Shown one piece after another: positions 26,757-40,809 of a stretch of DNA of 64,000 bases. Below the pieces are notes generated by a model. It did no database searches, was not told the DNA's origin, and saw nothing but the letters and a program-made list of their open reading frames with translations. Position 1 is the stretch's first letter; each line of letters opens with the position of its first letter. Position numbers and translations under genes: made by a program. The DNA lies in contig NC_043011.1 in the NCBI RefSeq assembly GCF_006345805.1, positions 1,364,001-1,428,000 of the forward strand, in the 5' to 3' direction. This stretch comes from Octopus sinensis (taxonomy: Eukaryota).

Positions 26757-26986
26757 GCCACCGAGCGGGCAGAAACGTTAACGCGCCGGGCGAAATGCTT
26801 AGCAGTATTTCGTCTGTCATTACGTTCTGAGTTCAAATTCTGCCGAGGTCGACTTTGCCTTTTATCCTCTCGGAGTCGATAAATAAAGTACCAGTTTCAC
26901 ACTGGGTCGATGTAATCGACTTAATCCGTTCGTCTGTCCTTGTTTGTCCCCTCTATGTTTAGCCCCTTGTGGGTGGTAAAGAAATA
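26757..26986 (+). mobile_element. SINE family B
   Basis: Full match to the family-B sequence seen elsewhere in the window. Confidence 0.85.
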
Positions 26987-29574
26987 TAATTATGTTTTTA
27001 AACATTTCTTCTCCCTTTCTTGTTTGGCCAGAGAATAATGTTAGCTGCTAACTTCTTATGTTTCCTGATTACCCTATTTAACAATATTGCCTTATGTTAT
27101 TGAATATAATATTGGAAATAATAAAACCATCCTTTTTAATGTATGCTAGGTTTGTCAGTTCTACATAATACGTAATTAGATTTTTCCACAACAAATTCCT
27201 AACTTTTAAATTGATAATTGCATATTTGAGCTAAAATGAAGACAGGATGGTCAAGATTTGAATGCAATTAATTAAAAGCTAAACATTTTCACATACTGAC
27301 ATTTTGTACAGTTTGATTTTTTTTTTACCAAGAAAAACAAAAACAAAAAAACAAAACAAAAAGATATGCATTGTTGGTTTCATTGCTGTATTGTTGAAAT
27401 TGTCTTGAATAGACACTTTGTACTACTATTGGAAACAATTTCAAGTAGAAATATAGGAGCATGAAAAGACAACAGTATAAACAGTGAGAAAGTGTAGTAA
27501 AATTCCTTGCCCACAGGATTAACTATTTGATTCAGTTATTTCTTCCTATGAAACTGGATTCATAGACCTTCAGACAAACTGTTAACCACATATAGCTTAT
27601 TTTGCCAAATCAGTGTTTTCCAAAATCATATTTTGAGTACTTTCTATATATTAACCCTGATATGTTGTGTATTAATTTATGGGAAATACTTTCTCCTATT
27701 TGCATTGTAAAAGACAAACACAAATCTATGAATTTGCAAAGCACAATGCCATTGTGTATAAGTTTCTGCAATAGTCGCTTTGTAATATAAGAGGTTCTTT
27801 TTCATTTATGTGTCTAAATCTACATATAATTGAATATATGCCTGTTGTTCTGTTTATGCTTTCCCTGTATCTAAGAAACATGAAGAAATATTACATTATT
27901 CCTACTGAACTGTCTCTGAAAATGTCCTTCAGCCATCGTACAATATAGTTTAGATACACATATATAATCTTCCAGCTATTGTATATCCAATTTCTACATT
28001 TCATTTTCAGCAGCTTCAGTCATTTTCGCTTGTAAAATATTGTGATAAGTGAAAATGGATTTTATTTATTTCTTTTTTTATAATTTCTCTTTTTCATTCT
28101 TTCCTGAAATTGTCACTGTCCATCTCATAACTCAGTTAAGGAAAACTAGCCAACTTCTCTATCATTGCAGTTCTCTATTTACATATCTGTCAGAATATCT
28201 TACTTCATTAGTCATTCTCAAACTAGTTCTGTGTTTGCTAACTTATATAGATATTCTCAGCAGTTTTATATCACTGATTCTTGAAATTTGTATTTATATT
28301 TACTTTATTCTCATTAGCACAAACTTTAAAAATATTATTCTCCAATTTTCATCAGTTTTCCTCACTGGAGATATAAAAGCCAAGGGACGTTTTAGTAATG
28401 AATACTTTATTAAAGATGTATGTGCTATATGAGAAAATTTTCAGTGTAGCCATTAACTTACCAAATAGCATATTTCTTCCACAAGATTGTGTTTTACCAT
28501 TAATTGAAAAAATATCAACAAATTCCACAAAAGAAAAATGCACTTCACAAAAACTACAAATAATAAGCTGTTACTTCTGATGAAAGGAAAACTTGTGAAA
28601 ATCATTCAAACATACTTAAAAGTGTGCTCATTTAAAATACTTTTTTATTGCTCTTCTTTTCCTTGTTAAAAAGCTTCTAACTGTTCCACATTTCCAGGAT
28701 TTCAATTCAGATTGCCTTCAACATAACACTAATATTTTCTTTTCCATTTTCATTTCATATATATGAAACTTGTGCTTACAGTTAATCCTGAAGATAATGG
28801 AAATGTCATTTTGCTGTATGCTGCTTTTTCTGTTACCAATTCATTCCAAAAAATATAGAATTGGGGGTGAAATCCTATCTTTGTTTTGCAGGAATAATTT
28901 CTATTAAATTTCCATAACAAGCTCTTCTGTAATAATACTAATTCTGCTAACAAATTTCAGCAAGCTATAACTGATTCCATATGGTGTCAAAACATGTACT
29001 GCATTTCTGTTAGTAATCTGGAGTATCCAGTTGCATGTATATTACAGAAATGCAAGAAATGCTTTGATATGATATCGAGTAAATGATAGTTGAATATGAT
29101 AATACGAGTAATTAGTGTGAACAGGAAATTCTTAACCACATAGTAATGCTTGCACCTATGTATGTATATACACACATGTTTGTATGCATATACATACATT
29201 AATATTCACACACACACACATTTAATGTACACAGATTTTAAATAAGACTTACTAATAGTTTCATGCTATAAAGATACAATAATTGGGCAGACTCATATAA
29301 CATGCCATATGTCTCCAAGCAATCTTTCAAGCTCAGTGCATACTGATAGAGCTACTTGAAAATCAGGATGCAGGTCTATAAGAAAATACAGAAAGAAAAT
29401 GTGAAGAATATCGATGCAAAAAGTGAAATGAGAAGAAAGGAAGAAAAAGCAAAACCAAAATTTTCATCTCCTTTGTCTGTAAAAATCATAATTAATTTAA
29501 CTGATATGGAATAGTATAATGAAGAGAAGGCCAAAGTCTGTGAGACAGTCACTCAATCTGGTGAGGGTAGTGTT

Positions 29575-29765
29575 GTCCAGTTTCAGAAAAGAAATTTGTC
29601 CTTGTACTTGCATTTGCTAAAAATTCCAGATCTGGAATTAGTGTTGTGGAATTTTGAGAATCATAAAAGAATGTGTGGTCTTTTTCAGCTACATATAACT
29701 TGCATTTCTTTGATCCATTTTTATATGGAATATTGTTCTCCATGATTCTTCGCTTGACCAACTGC
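29575..29765 (-). mobile_element. PLE GIY-YIG C-terminal fragment (second PLE type)
   Basis: RIMENNIPYKNGSKKCKLYVAEK and, after a frameshift, NSRSGIFSKCKYKDKFLF; compare PY....K.C.LC..EK...LN.RSE..S.C.H..KFL. Confidence 0.7.
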
Positions 29766-30568
29766 ACACCTTATTCTGCATTATTGGTCATCTCCTCCCT
29801 CTACCTCCCATCAACCTCTGTATCATTGGTCACCTCAACTCTACACAATTTCTACAGTTGTCACCTACCATCCCTATTCCTTACCTTCCCTATTTTTCAT
29901 CCCTGATTACTTGTTCATAATGTTCACCTTCTTATCTATTCTTTAACCAACTCTCACTCTCCCTTACACTTTTGTAGTCTCTAACCCCTCACATCTCCTG
30001 TTCCTCCTCACTTCTACTCACCTTGTATCTTAAGGGTCCACTCTGATACCTCATCACTACTATTTTTATCTCTCTTCAGTTCCACCCAATTACTTCTTTC
30101 TTCTCTATGATTATGTTAGAAGTTGTGTAGCTCTCTTACAGCCAAAAACCTGTTCTGGCCTCTTCTCTTTCACATAAACCCCTCATCCTTTAGCATAAAG
30201 CCACCTCCCTCTCTACTGTAGCCTGACAGTTGAAGGGGATCTTAGTCCTGCTGGCTGCATGGCAACCTCATTGATGCTGGTGCCATGAAAAAAAACACCC
30301 AATGCCCTATACCCAGGCATAATGAAAGGTATCCAGCTATAGAAATCATGTCAAAACAGACATTGGGGCACAATGTTTTCTTCAGAGCTGTTGGATCCTG
30401 TCAAAATATCCACCCCATTTCTGCATGGAACATAGACTTTAAATGATGATGAGGACAGAGGATGCATGTAATTGGCAGAATCATTAGAGCATTGATATAA
30501 AATGCTCTAATGATTCTGCTTTCCATTTCTCCTGGGTTGATAAAATAAAATACCAGTCAAGTATTGGG

Positions 30569-30969
30569 TACTCTTTTACTCTCTTACTCTTTTACTTGTT
30601 TCAGTCATTTGACTGCGGCCATGCTGGAGCACCGCCTTTTAGTCGAACAAATCGAACCCAGGACTTATTCTTTGTAAGCCTAGTACTTATTCTATTGGTC
30701 TCTTTTGCTGAACCACTAAGTTACGGGGACGTAAACACACCACCGTCGGTTGTAAAGCAATGGTGGGGGGACAAACATAGACACACATACATATATATAT
30801 ACATATATACGATGGGCTTCTTTCAGTTTCCGTCTACCAAATCCACTCACAAGGCTTTGGTTGGCGTGAGGCTATAGTAGAAGACACTTACCCAAGGTGC
30901 TGCGCAGTGGGAATGAACCCAGAACCATGTGGTTGGTAAGCAAGCTACTTACCACACAGCCACTCCTGT
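30569..30969 (-). mobile_element. SINE family A, full length, inserted into a family-B relative
   Basis: Reverse complement of family-A head, internal (TA) tract and tail; host pieces at ~30465-30568 and ~30970-31030. Confidence 0.85.
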
Positions 30970-31613
30970 GGGGTTAATGTAATCAACTAACCCCTCCTAT
31001 AAAAATTGCTTGTGCTTAATACGAAACAGTAATATTGATGGATTTACTCTTTATATTCCAATCAGCTACAGATGGCTTTTGCTGTAATGTTGAACATGCT
31101 TTTGTTAAACATCAAACGGATGTAAAATTCATTTGGCCATACAAAGTGGCTGTTACAGATACATTAAACATTTTAGCACTTTCAAACTGCAACTGATAAA
31201 GTCAATTTTGATTTCAGTTTGTAAATATGAGGCATAAATCATTAATTACAAAAGAAACAGTGGAGAAATAGGAAAAGACAAAGGGTTAAGTAAATTGTAA
31301 GAGTAATTCATAAGTTTGGTTGCCAAGAGAAATTTTGAACAGTTTGGCGTATTAGTAATGTAATGACTGATGTAAATAACAAAATAAGCAAATAGGCTGA
31401 TAAATTGAGACAGGAAGTAGTTGATTAGTTTGTGATTGCAGTGAAAGAGCTATGTAGAGGGTAAGATGAGGAGAGAGAAAGAAAGAGGTGGTTGGGTAGA
31501 TAAGTGTTAGAAGGACCAACTAGAAGTGTAGGGGGAGTTAACTAATATTTTCTGTTTGGACCTTTTCTATATAGATATAACACACTAAATTTATACACAT
31601 GCATATATACAAA

Positions 31614-31881
31614 CATCATCATCATCATCGTTTAGCGTCCGTTCTCCATGCTAGCATGGGTTGGACAGTTCAACCGGGATCTGGGAAGCCAGAAGGCTGC
31701 ACCAGGCTTCAGTCTTATCTGGCAATGTTACTACAGCTGGATGCCCTTCCTAACGCCAACCACTCCGTGAGTGTAGTGGGTGCTTTTTACGTGCCACCTG
31801 CACAGGTGCCAGGCGAGGCTGGCATCGGCCACGGTCGGATTGGTGCATTTTACATGCCACCGGCACGGAAACCAGTCGAGA
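31614..31881 (-). mobile_element. Repeat family D
   Basis: Highly similar to 11828-12110. Confidence 0.8.
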
Positions 31882-31894
31882 CATATATATATAT

Positions 31895-32097
31895 GACCGC
31901 GTGTGTACCATCGGCGATTTTTTTTTACTCTGTCTTCCCTTCTATGGATCTTTCCTTCTCCTATGTTTCCAACGAAGAGCTCTGCTCGAAATGTTAAACC
32001 CTCCTTCTTTCCTTCTTTCCTGTGCGTCCAATAATACTATATTTGTTCCACGTCCTCGCGTTGTTGTGTTTTTTTGTTCTTTCTTGTTTGGATTAAC
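31895..32097 (+). mobile_element. Solo PLE pLTR-like fragment with a degenerate hammerhead (31965-31999)
   Basis: GTTT-CCAACGA-AGAGC(TCT)GCTC-GAAA-TG-TT-AAAC: stems I and II intact, core G5 mutated to A; flanked by (TA)n. Confidence 0.6.
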
Positions 32098-32132
32098 TAT
32101 ATATATATATACATATATATATATATTATATA

Positions 32133-32174
<42 letters not shown>

Positions 32175-32218
32175 ATATGTATATTATATATATATATATA
32201 ATATATGTATGTATAATG

Positions 32219-32249
<31 letters not shown>

Positions 32250-32283
32250 ATATATATATATTATATATATGTATGTATATATG

Positions 32284-32314
<31 letters not shown>

Positions 32315-33110
32315 ATATGTATATATATATATATATGTATGTATATATGTATATATATATATTATATGTATGTATATATGTATATATATATATGTATGTA
32401 TATGTATATATATGTATGTATATATATATATATGTATGTATATATATATATATATGTATGTATATATATATATGTATGTATATATATATATGTATGTATA
32501 TATATATATATGTATGTATATATATATATATATGTATGTATATATATATATGTATGTATATATATATATATATGTATGTATATATATATATGTATGTATG
32601 TGTATATCTCTCTCTATATAAACGGCAGTTTGTCTGTGCGTGTTTCTGTGTGTCTGTTTTCTCGTACCCTCACCCTGACCACGGCTTTCAACCGATTCTG
32701 ATGAAACTTGACACACACATAGCCCAATGTCATAATTCAAAACTAACGCAGCGAAAATTTTGAAAAGTTCCCCCAGTTCTGAAAAAAATCGATAAATTCG
32801 ACATGGGGTCGAGAATAAAAAAAAACAAACCACAGACTGTCTAGGGGACGCAACTCAACCTTTTTTACTCTCAAAAAAAAATTTACCATCATTTTTCTTC
32901 CATTTTTTTGCTATTTTTTGGCTATAACTCTCTAAAAATGTTTTATAGTTATTTCCCTTACAAACCTGAGCAACGCCGGGCGATACTGCTAGTATATATA
33001 TATGTATGTGTATATATATATATGTATGTATATATATATATATGTATGTATATATATATATGTATGTATATATATATATATGTATGTATATATATATATA
33101 TATATGTATG

Positions 33111-33148
<38 letters not shown>

Positions 33149-33176
33149 TATGTATGTATATATATATATATGTATG

Positions 33177-33213
<37 letters not shown>

Positions 33214-33308
33214 ATATATATGTATGTATGTATATATATATGTATGTATGTATATATATATGTATGTATGTATATATATATGTATGTATGTATATATATA
33301 TATATATG

Positions 33309-33348
<40 letters not shown>

Positions 33349-33365
33349 GCACACACACACACACG
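32098..33365. repeat. Long (TA)n/(TATG)n array split by a Helitron
   Basis: Directly visible; explains all the YI/VC-rich ORFs here. Confidence 0.95.
32607..32992 (+). mobile_element. Non-autonomous Helitron
   Basis: A|TC start, GC-rich subterminal hairpin CCTGAGCAACGCCGGG, CTAG|T end, no TSD. Confidence 0.8.
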
Positions 33366-33560
33366 TTGTTGTATGAATACTGGTGCAGCAAACATGTTGA
33401 GGATTATTGATTTATTGTATGTGGAAAGTTCTGAGGACCATATTTTCTTTATCTTGGCTGTACATTCCTTATTACAGGTTCCATCATGGGAAATATTTTC
33501 ATCCATTTTTAAGTATCTGTAAGCAATTCTTATCTCATAATGGAGAAATGGTGAGGTCAC
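33366..33560 (-). mobile_element. R4/Dong-clade LINE RT fragment
   Basis: [48 protein letters not shown] resembles R4/Dong YKYLG...KIW.SELS..NK..A.N.FA.PV. Confidence 0.7.
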
Positions 33561-33994
33561 TGATAGTACTGACAGTAAATGGGCTTTCAGTTCTTCAGTT
33601 TACAAACATGCAAAAACATTTATTCTGACCAAACTCCATCTCTATCTTTTTAGAATGTCATAAACTAAGCAAAGGTTTTTCTTCAGACCTTTAACATTGT
33701 TTGCAAAGTTTTCCATTTTCAAGACATCTACAAAAAAAAGCTATGAATATGGTTGGTGTTTCTGTCTTCCTTTGGTTCAGTCATGCATCCTTCATTTCTA
33801 TAACAAAAAAGACATGCGGCTTACGGAAAATATAAACAACACTGTAAAGAGAATGTGTGTGCGTGTGTGTGGAAGCATGTATGTACATGCATATGTCTAT
33901 ACATATGTTTGTATGTATGTGCATGTGTATGAATATATGTAGATCCTTGTGTAAAATATACAGAAACTAACATATGTATTTGTCAGCCTTCTTT

Positions 33995-34712
33995 TATATG
34001 TTTCACTCGTTTGATTGCAGCAGTGTTGGGATTCTGCTTTGAAGGGTTTAGTTTAAACAAATAATCTCAAATACTTAGTTTTAAGCCTGATGTTAATTCT
34101 ATAGGTTTCTTTATGTCAAACCACTAAATTATGGGGATGTAAACAAGCCAAAACCTATTGTCAAGTAGTTGTTGGGGACAAACATAAAGACACACACACA
34201 CACACCATTTTATCATTTCATTTTATCTAGTTTCAGCTCACGAGCTGTGGCCATGCTGGGGCAGTTTCTTTTAGTTTCTCTCTGTCAAATCCACTCACAA
34301 GACTTTGTTTGACCCAGAGCTATAGTAGAAGACACTTGCCCATGGTGCCACACAATAGGACTGAACTTGAAGCATGCTTCTTACCAACATAGCCAAACCT
34401 GTGCCTATGGCTGTGCCAGCATTAAATTTTTGGGTTTTCCTCCCTTTCCTCATGTATTCACATATATTTCTCAGGCTTTCATTCTCCTCCCAATATTGGT
34501 TTCAAAATTTGGTACAAGGCCAGCAATTTGAGGGGAGGGAGTAAGTTGATTACATCGATCCCAGTGCTTAACTGGTACTTATTTTATCAGCCCTGAAAGG
34601 ATTAAAGGCAGAGTTGACCCTTGTGGCATTTGAACTCAGAATGTAAAGACAGATGAAATGCCACTGAGCATTTTGTCTGATGTGCTAATGATTCTGTCTG
34701 CTTGCCACCTTA
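33995..34712 (-). mobile_element. Adjacent degenerate SINEs: family A (~33995-34410) and family B (~34495-34712)
   Basis: Recognisable reverse-complement family motifs. Confidence 0.7.
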
Positions 34713-35507
34713 TTTCTTCTCCCAGTGGACCTTTATGCTCCACTACCTGATGCCGATCTCAATACACACCCTCCGATCTAATAATTAGCTCAAAAACTTT
34801 ACAGTCTACTCCTCTACTCTGTTGCTGCTTCGGTTTCCTGAAAATTCTTCACTTAACTTGATTTCTATAAAAACAGATTTTGATGCACCATTAAGTCTTA
34901 TTTTCAGATGTCATCTGAAAATACCACTTCTGTTATACCACTTCACCAATTCACATATAACTCCACTGAACTATCAATTTAATTTATTTACATTTTCTCT
35001 GTTCACAAAAACAGCCTGAGTCGTTTTAATCCTATGTTGAAATTTCATCAGCGGCCAAGTATTCGCAGAGGTATTGCCTATAAATTCATGATCACTAAAG
35101 AATTAAGTAAATCAAATAGACTGATTTGCTTAAACAGTATTCTGGTTCAGTGCTTTGCTATGTACTACAGAATATAGCAACAGATGTATATTTTTGTATG
35201 TATAAGTTGATGTAGATACTTTGCCTTATTTATGCACAATATCTTTGCAGTCAGAAAAAGACGGCTAAGTCCAACTAATTTCAATCCTGTTTTTGGGATT
35301 TTATCAGCATCTGAGTACCCTTCATAACTAACAGTCCATGGGGCTGACAGCTTATAAACCCACTATTATTAAAAGCTTAACAATTGGAACTAATTCAGTT
35401 GATCCATCTTTTTCAGTCCAGGAAAATATCATAGATACAGACATCTGTTTACATATAAGTGTTGGCTAAAATCGTTAGATATTTTCTGTAATAAACTTTA
35501 GCATGCA

Positions 35508-35514
35508 TGCACAC

Positions 35515-35590
<76 letters not shown>

Positions 35591-35600
35591 GCACACATAT
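35508..35600. repeat. (CA)n microsatellite
   Basis: Directly visible. Confidence 0.95.
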
Positions 35601-36849
35601 GCATGCATGTGTGTGCACACAAAATAGCTATTTGTTTTAGACAAGACAAGGACATTTAATTTCTGTGTGAATCATATGTATTTGGAAACAATATTTCAAA
35701 ATATATTAATAAGCTACAGTAATCAAGTGTAATCATTATATAGCTTAATTGGCTTTTCATTGGATAATGGTTATAACATTTTATCTAAATTAACTTTAGC
35801 TTTCAGCCAAAATAAATTAAATTTATTCAATAGAGAAGAAAGCAAGCTGTCTTTCGATGTTGTTCTTGTTGATGATTATGATGATGATGATGATGACCAT
35901 CATCATCATCATCCTCATCATCAACAATATCATCTTGTTGCTAGTAGTGTTGGTGGTGGGGTGGTTGCTGAGGTTAGTATCATTTTGACATTTTTGTCTG
36001 TTTCAACAACTTTTGGGGATTTACTGCTAGAAGGAAAAAATGCTTTTTCTTCCGTGCTGAAGAAATTATTTTACTTCAAACATCAAACCAGACAAATTGT
36101 TTGATGGGAACATTTCATGTAAATATAATCTAGGGTGGGGGGGGGGCATAACCAAACAAAAAAAAATGAAAAAAAAAAACAAGGAAAAAAGTGAAATGAA
36201 AAAAAAATTGTATTTAATGTCTTTGAGGAAAAGAAAGACGGAAGTTGATGCTTAAGACTGTTGTCTTTTATAAAGACAGGAAGAACGAAGGAAAACAATG
36301 GAAAAAGAATAAAATTATGGTTTTTCAGAGGTGTGCCATATTGGAATGGTGAACAGAAGGTCATGAGTGAAGAAATTACTTGGGCAAAGAAAAGAGATAA
36401 GAAAAGGAAGTAAGCAAGTCAAATGGTAAAGGGTTGTGTGTGGAATGAAGAGGTTTGTATGCCTTGGAGAGTGATGGTGCAGGTAAGCTTCTGTAAGGTG
36501 GTGGGAGTAAAATAAATGAAGTAAATTATGTTTAAGTATGTGTGTGAGATAGAAAAGCGAGTTAAGTATGAACAAGGTTGTAACCTGGGTATTGGTTGAG
36601 TAAGGCATGCCGTTAGTGGATAATGTGTGAAAGGTGTAGGCTAGGGTATAGGTATGTGGAAAATGAGTAGTACAGTGGATGTGAGTGTATAGGAGTAAGA
36701 AAGATAAGTGGTATGGAACAGTGGTGGGGAAGTGTAGTCTGTGTGGTTATCAGATGTGTGTGTGCTTTCTTAAAAGGAAAGCAAATATTTTCTTAAGAGA
36801 AGCAGGAAAAGCTGTGTGTAAGTAGAAAATAGATCACTTATTAACAATG

Positions 36850-37100
36850 TAGCAAAGAAAAGAAGGTACCGTGGTGTTGTGTAATCCTACAAATGGTGAG
36901 ACACATGGAGGAATATCCTAGAGAATTGATGAGATGCTCCACAGTGGTCTGGTGTTGTTGCATTGGATCTCCCAGAGCTTCATTTAAATGACCAGCAAAA
37001 AAAAAAAAATCTGATAATGAACCATGCAGGGATGTGATTGAAGTCATTCATAACATGGATCATTTTCTTCATGCATCTGCAACAAACAGCAGATAGAAAT
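36850..37100 (-). mobile_element. Old mariner transposase remnant
   Basis: SLSDFFFFAGHLNEALG resembles PSDFHLFGPLKEALG. Confidence 0.4.
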
Positions 37101-37794
37101 CTGTTGGGTGAGGTTAGCCTTATTTGACTCATGTGGGACCCAAACATCAAGCATGCTGATGTAACCAAGTTGATGCAAATGATTTTCAACAGTCAGTTTG
37201 AATATTTGAAGAATATCTGTGACTATTGTGATTGTATAACAGGAGCTGGTGTTGACTCACTCCTTTTGTTGCTGTTACTCTCAGTTGAGCAACCAGAGCA
37301 AGGTGCCCCTTGAACTGCAAAATTTCCTGATTGAACTCTTGAAAACTATTTCTGGTACATATGTCCCATAATAGCATCCTCTCTGTACAGAGTACATATT
37401 TACAGACGTCTATCACTTTGCCTTTCTTAAAATAACAAAAGCATGATGTGATAATAATGTCTGCTTTGGCTCTCCATTTTTAGGGTGATCCCAAGCACAC
37501 AAAAATACGACCTCTGTAAGTTCTTTTTGAACTATGTTGAAGAATCAAGGATCTAATGAGTGTTGGTGCAAGGAACACATTGAAGTTAGCTACTTATAAG
37601 AGGGCTTGAAGTTTAGTGTCAGCAAAAACTAAATAGTCTTTTTGACCAACCCAATATATCTATTTGTCTGCCTGTCTGTATGTTTGTATGTATGTTTGTA
37701 TGTATGTATCTGTGAGTATGTGTATGTTTGTGTTTTCATGCCTTGACATTACAGGATTGTTGTGAATGAGTGTTATTGTCATACAGACAGTATA

Positions 37795-39062
37795 TGAGGT
37801 GGTATCAAGAACTTCCCAGACTAGTTATGTTTAATAAAAAGAAATAACTTATTTACCCAAGTTTTAACATCATCTCCTTAGAAATAATTTCTTTGTGCAG
37901 CAATACACTGGTTCCAGTCTACCTGCCACTTTTGGAATCTGGCCTGGAAGTCATTTTCCATATGCGAGTCCATTGAACTGCATTTTAATTTTGAGGAAGA
38001 GATGGAAGTCTGCAGGTGCTAGATCTGGTGAGTAGGGTGGGTGCAGAAGGGATGCTATGTTGTTTTTGGGTGAGAAACTCATGAGTGAGGAGAAAGCGGT
38101 GATGGTGTATTGTCATGAAGAATCCAATTCTTCATGCCCTGCAGATCCAGTTGCTTTCACTGAATGTCCTCTCACAAATGCATCAAAACGTTGCAGTTGA
38201 ACTCTTGCATGATGGTCTGGCCTCAGGGAACAAATTCTCGTTGCACAATACTGCAGATGTCAAAAAGAAATGATGAGCAGGCTTTTGATTGAGCTGCAGC
38301 TCTATTGTGCCTCCTTCAGTCATGGAGACGAAGGTCTTTTCCATTGTGACAACTGCTAATTCATCTCAGGGTCGTATCTGTAGACCCAACACTCATCACC
38401 AGTGATGATCCTTAACATGAAGGATGGGTCATCACAGGCATGCTGACAGAGATCTTGACAAAATTCAATGCAGTGTTCTTTCTACTCAGTGGTCATCAGG
38501 CAGGGGACAAACTTGGCAGAGACATGTCACATATTCAATTCAGACGTCCGTGCTGGCTGTACGGACCCATAGGACAGACAAGCAACGTCAGCAATGCCAT
38601 TGGTTGTCCTCTGATGATCCTCATGCACACGCCGATGAATTTGCTCCACATCTCCAGTGGAGCTGCTCATGCCAGGTCTTCCATATCATACACCGTCTTC
38701 CAAGGATGCTCTTCTGCTTTTGAAGTGCCTCTGCCACTCGAAATATTGTGTACGACACATTGCCTCATCACCATAAGCCTGCTTGTTGAAGCATGCTCAA
38801 TGTCTCTATAGCAGATTCCCCAAGTTTAAAGCAAAGTTTTATGTTGGCTCTTTGTTCCAACTTCCTGTCCGTGACAAAAATCACAGACTACAGCATACAT
38901 GTGATCACAAAAACACAAATTTCTCAACTTGCAAAGTAAACACAGTGATGTCACTCCGCACACTGCTTCATGAAGGTCACACTTTCATTGCCCACACAAT
39001 CATGTGCTGCCATCTGTTGGCACACTACAGAACTAGTCCAGGAGCTTTTTGATTCCTTATCG
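37795..39062 (-). mobile_element. mariner (Tc1/mariner) element, near full length, non-functional, inserted into a SINE tail
   Basis: Imperfect TIRs (TGAGGTGGTATCAAGAACTTCCCAGACTAGTT and AACTAGTCCAGGAGCTTTTTGATTCCTTATCG), TA TSD, minus-strand motifs RIITGDECWVYRYDPE and HPPYSPDLAPADF. Confidence 0.9.
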
Positions 39063-40029
39063 TAATTCCTTTTCCAGTATTCTGCAATAACATGTCTAGC
39101 CATGGGTAAATATTACCTTGCTTGGAAACAGGTGAGGGTTGGTGACAGAAAGGTCATCTACTTGTAAAAAACTGACCTTAATGAACTCCATCCAAACAAT
39201 GCAAGCCTGAAAAACTGGATGTGAAAATGATGATATTGATGGTTGCTACAAATAGCAAGAAGAGTTAGTGCAATTATTTGAAAATGGGTTCAGTGGGGCA
39301 CCTGTAAGTGAAGCCAATGGAAAAACCAGGTGTGTTGGCTTTATGAATCTTTGGGAAGGAATAAATGGTGGACATAGGTTTTGTGCCAAATTAAAAAGAA
39401 AATTCATTTAGACAAACTGGAAAAGAACATTTTATACAAACTGGAATCAGATATCACAAAAGACTGCTGAAGTAATCTGTAGTTTATTATATTCATCAAG
39501 TTCAAATCATGGCATTAACTCTGCTCCCTAACAGTTTGTAATGTAGTAGTCAATGACTACTAAAAATAAATTCTATCAATTGAATTATTATCAATTATAG
39601 TTAATAATTAACAAGTTATTATTTCTTTTCTTCTTAATAATCACTCATGTTAATGATGTATAGTTATTTGCTTCACTTTTAAATATTCATCTCTGCCTAA
39701 CATTTACCCTATTTCAGTTAAGCAATACAAAGCAATATATTACCAATTGTTGGCACTGAAATTGTAAAAATACATGAACAATGCGAAAATTTGCTTTTTA
39801 TGTATATTGTCTCTGTGCATGTGTTTGCATCACTCTTCTTATGACTGAATCTATGTTGTTTGTAATATCAGTTAATTGACCATTAAATAAGGCTAGTCAT
39901 TCCATCTCCAAATTTAAACCTTGCTCTTCGCATACGAAGTAGGTGGAGGTCTTATTAATTTCTGTTTCTTCATGGATATTTTCAAATATAAGAAAGAATA
40001 AAAGAACAAATCTTTGACAGAAACGTTTT

Positions 40030-40230
40030 AAAGATTTCTAATAGGACATCATGCTCAAAATGGTCAGTGGCAAGAGAGGAAGAGGCTGACCAAGAACCTG
40101 CTGGCTTGACACCATCAAGAATGATACCAGAATGGACATAGCCAGTCTGAAAGAAGCGGCCCAGGATAGAACTGACTGGAGGACACTGATCCATGGAGTA
40201 ACCGAGAGTCGACTTCGACTGAGCGGATAG
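40030..40230 (+). mobile_element. RTE-clade LINE 3' end
   Basis: RGRG*PRTCWLDTIKNDTRMDIASLKEAAQDRTDWRTLIHGVTESRLRLSG* is the typical RTE/BovB-like C-terminus. Confidence 0.85.
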
Positions 40231-40809
40231 AGAGATAGAATAGTAGCTTCTTTTACTGATTTCCTTTGGTGGATTGTCACCATTGTAGACACAATTTTCA
40301 AGGGTTTAGTTGATCATGTATGTTCAATTTTGTATAGTATTTATGTCTGAGTGGCATAAATCAAAGCAGACTTCAATGTAATGTAAAGGTATTGTTTTAC
40401 AAAACGCTGATTATGCTATTCCAAACCAATATAAATGAATGCATATTTGATTGGCTTTTGCATAGTTTTTTCTCCAGCTGAATTCAATTCACAAGATTTT
40501 CATCAACTCAAGATTAGATGTGCAATGAGATTGAAACTGAAATTACTTGATTGTAATGTGGAAACATTAAATATACAGCTAAGCCCTATTTTAATCATAT
40601 GATCCACAAGAATGGCTATGGCTGGAATTTGTGATATGATTAATAGTTGTGGGTCGATTTCTACAGGAGGAAGGATCATTTTCTGGGAAGGCATTATTGT
40701 GCATAGTGGTTAGTGTGGGGCCTAGTGGGTGGACACAATACCAATGACAAGAAAAGGATAGATGTAAAAGTAGGCTAGGCCTTATTTTTGTTGGGTATGG
40801 TGCCTAGTG

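Noticed and set aside
31901-33410. Long ORFs up to 266 aa rich in Y/I/M/C/V/H/T
   Set aside because: Translations of (TA)n/(TATG)n microsatellites; the same applies to ORFs at ~1.4, 12.7, 20.0, 22.2 and 59.0 kb
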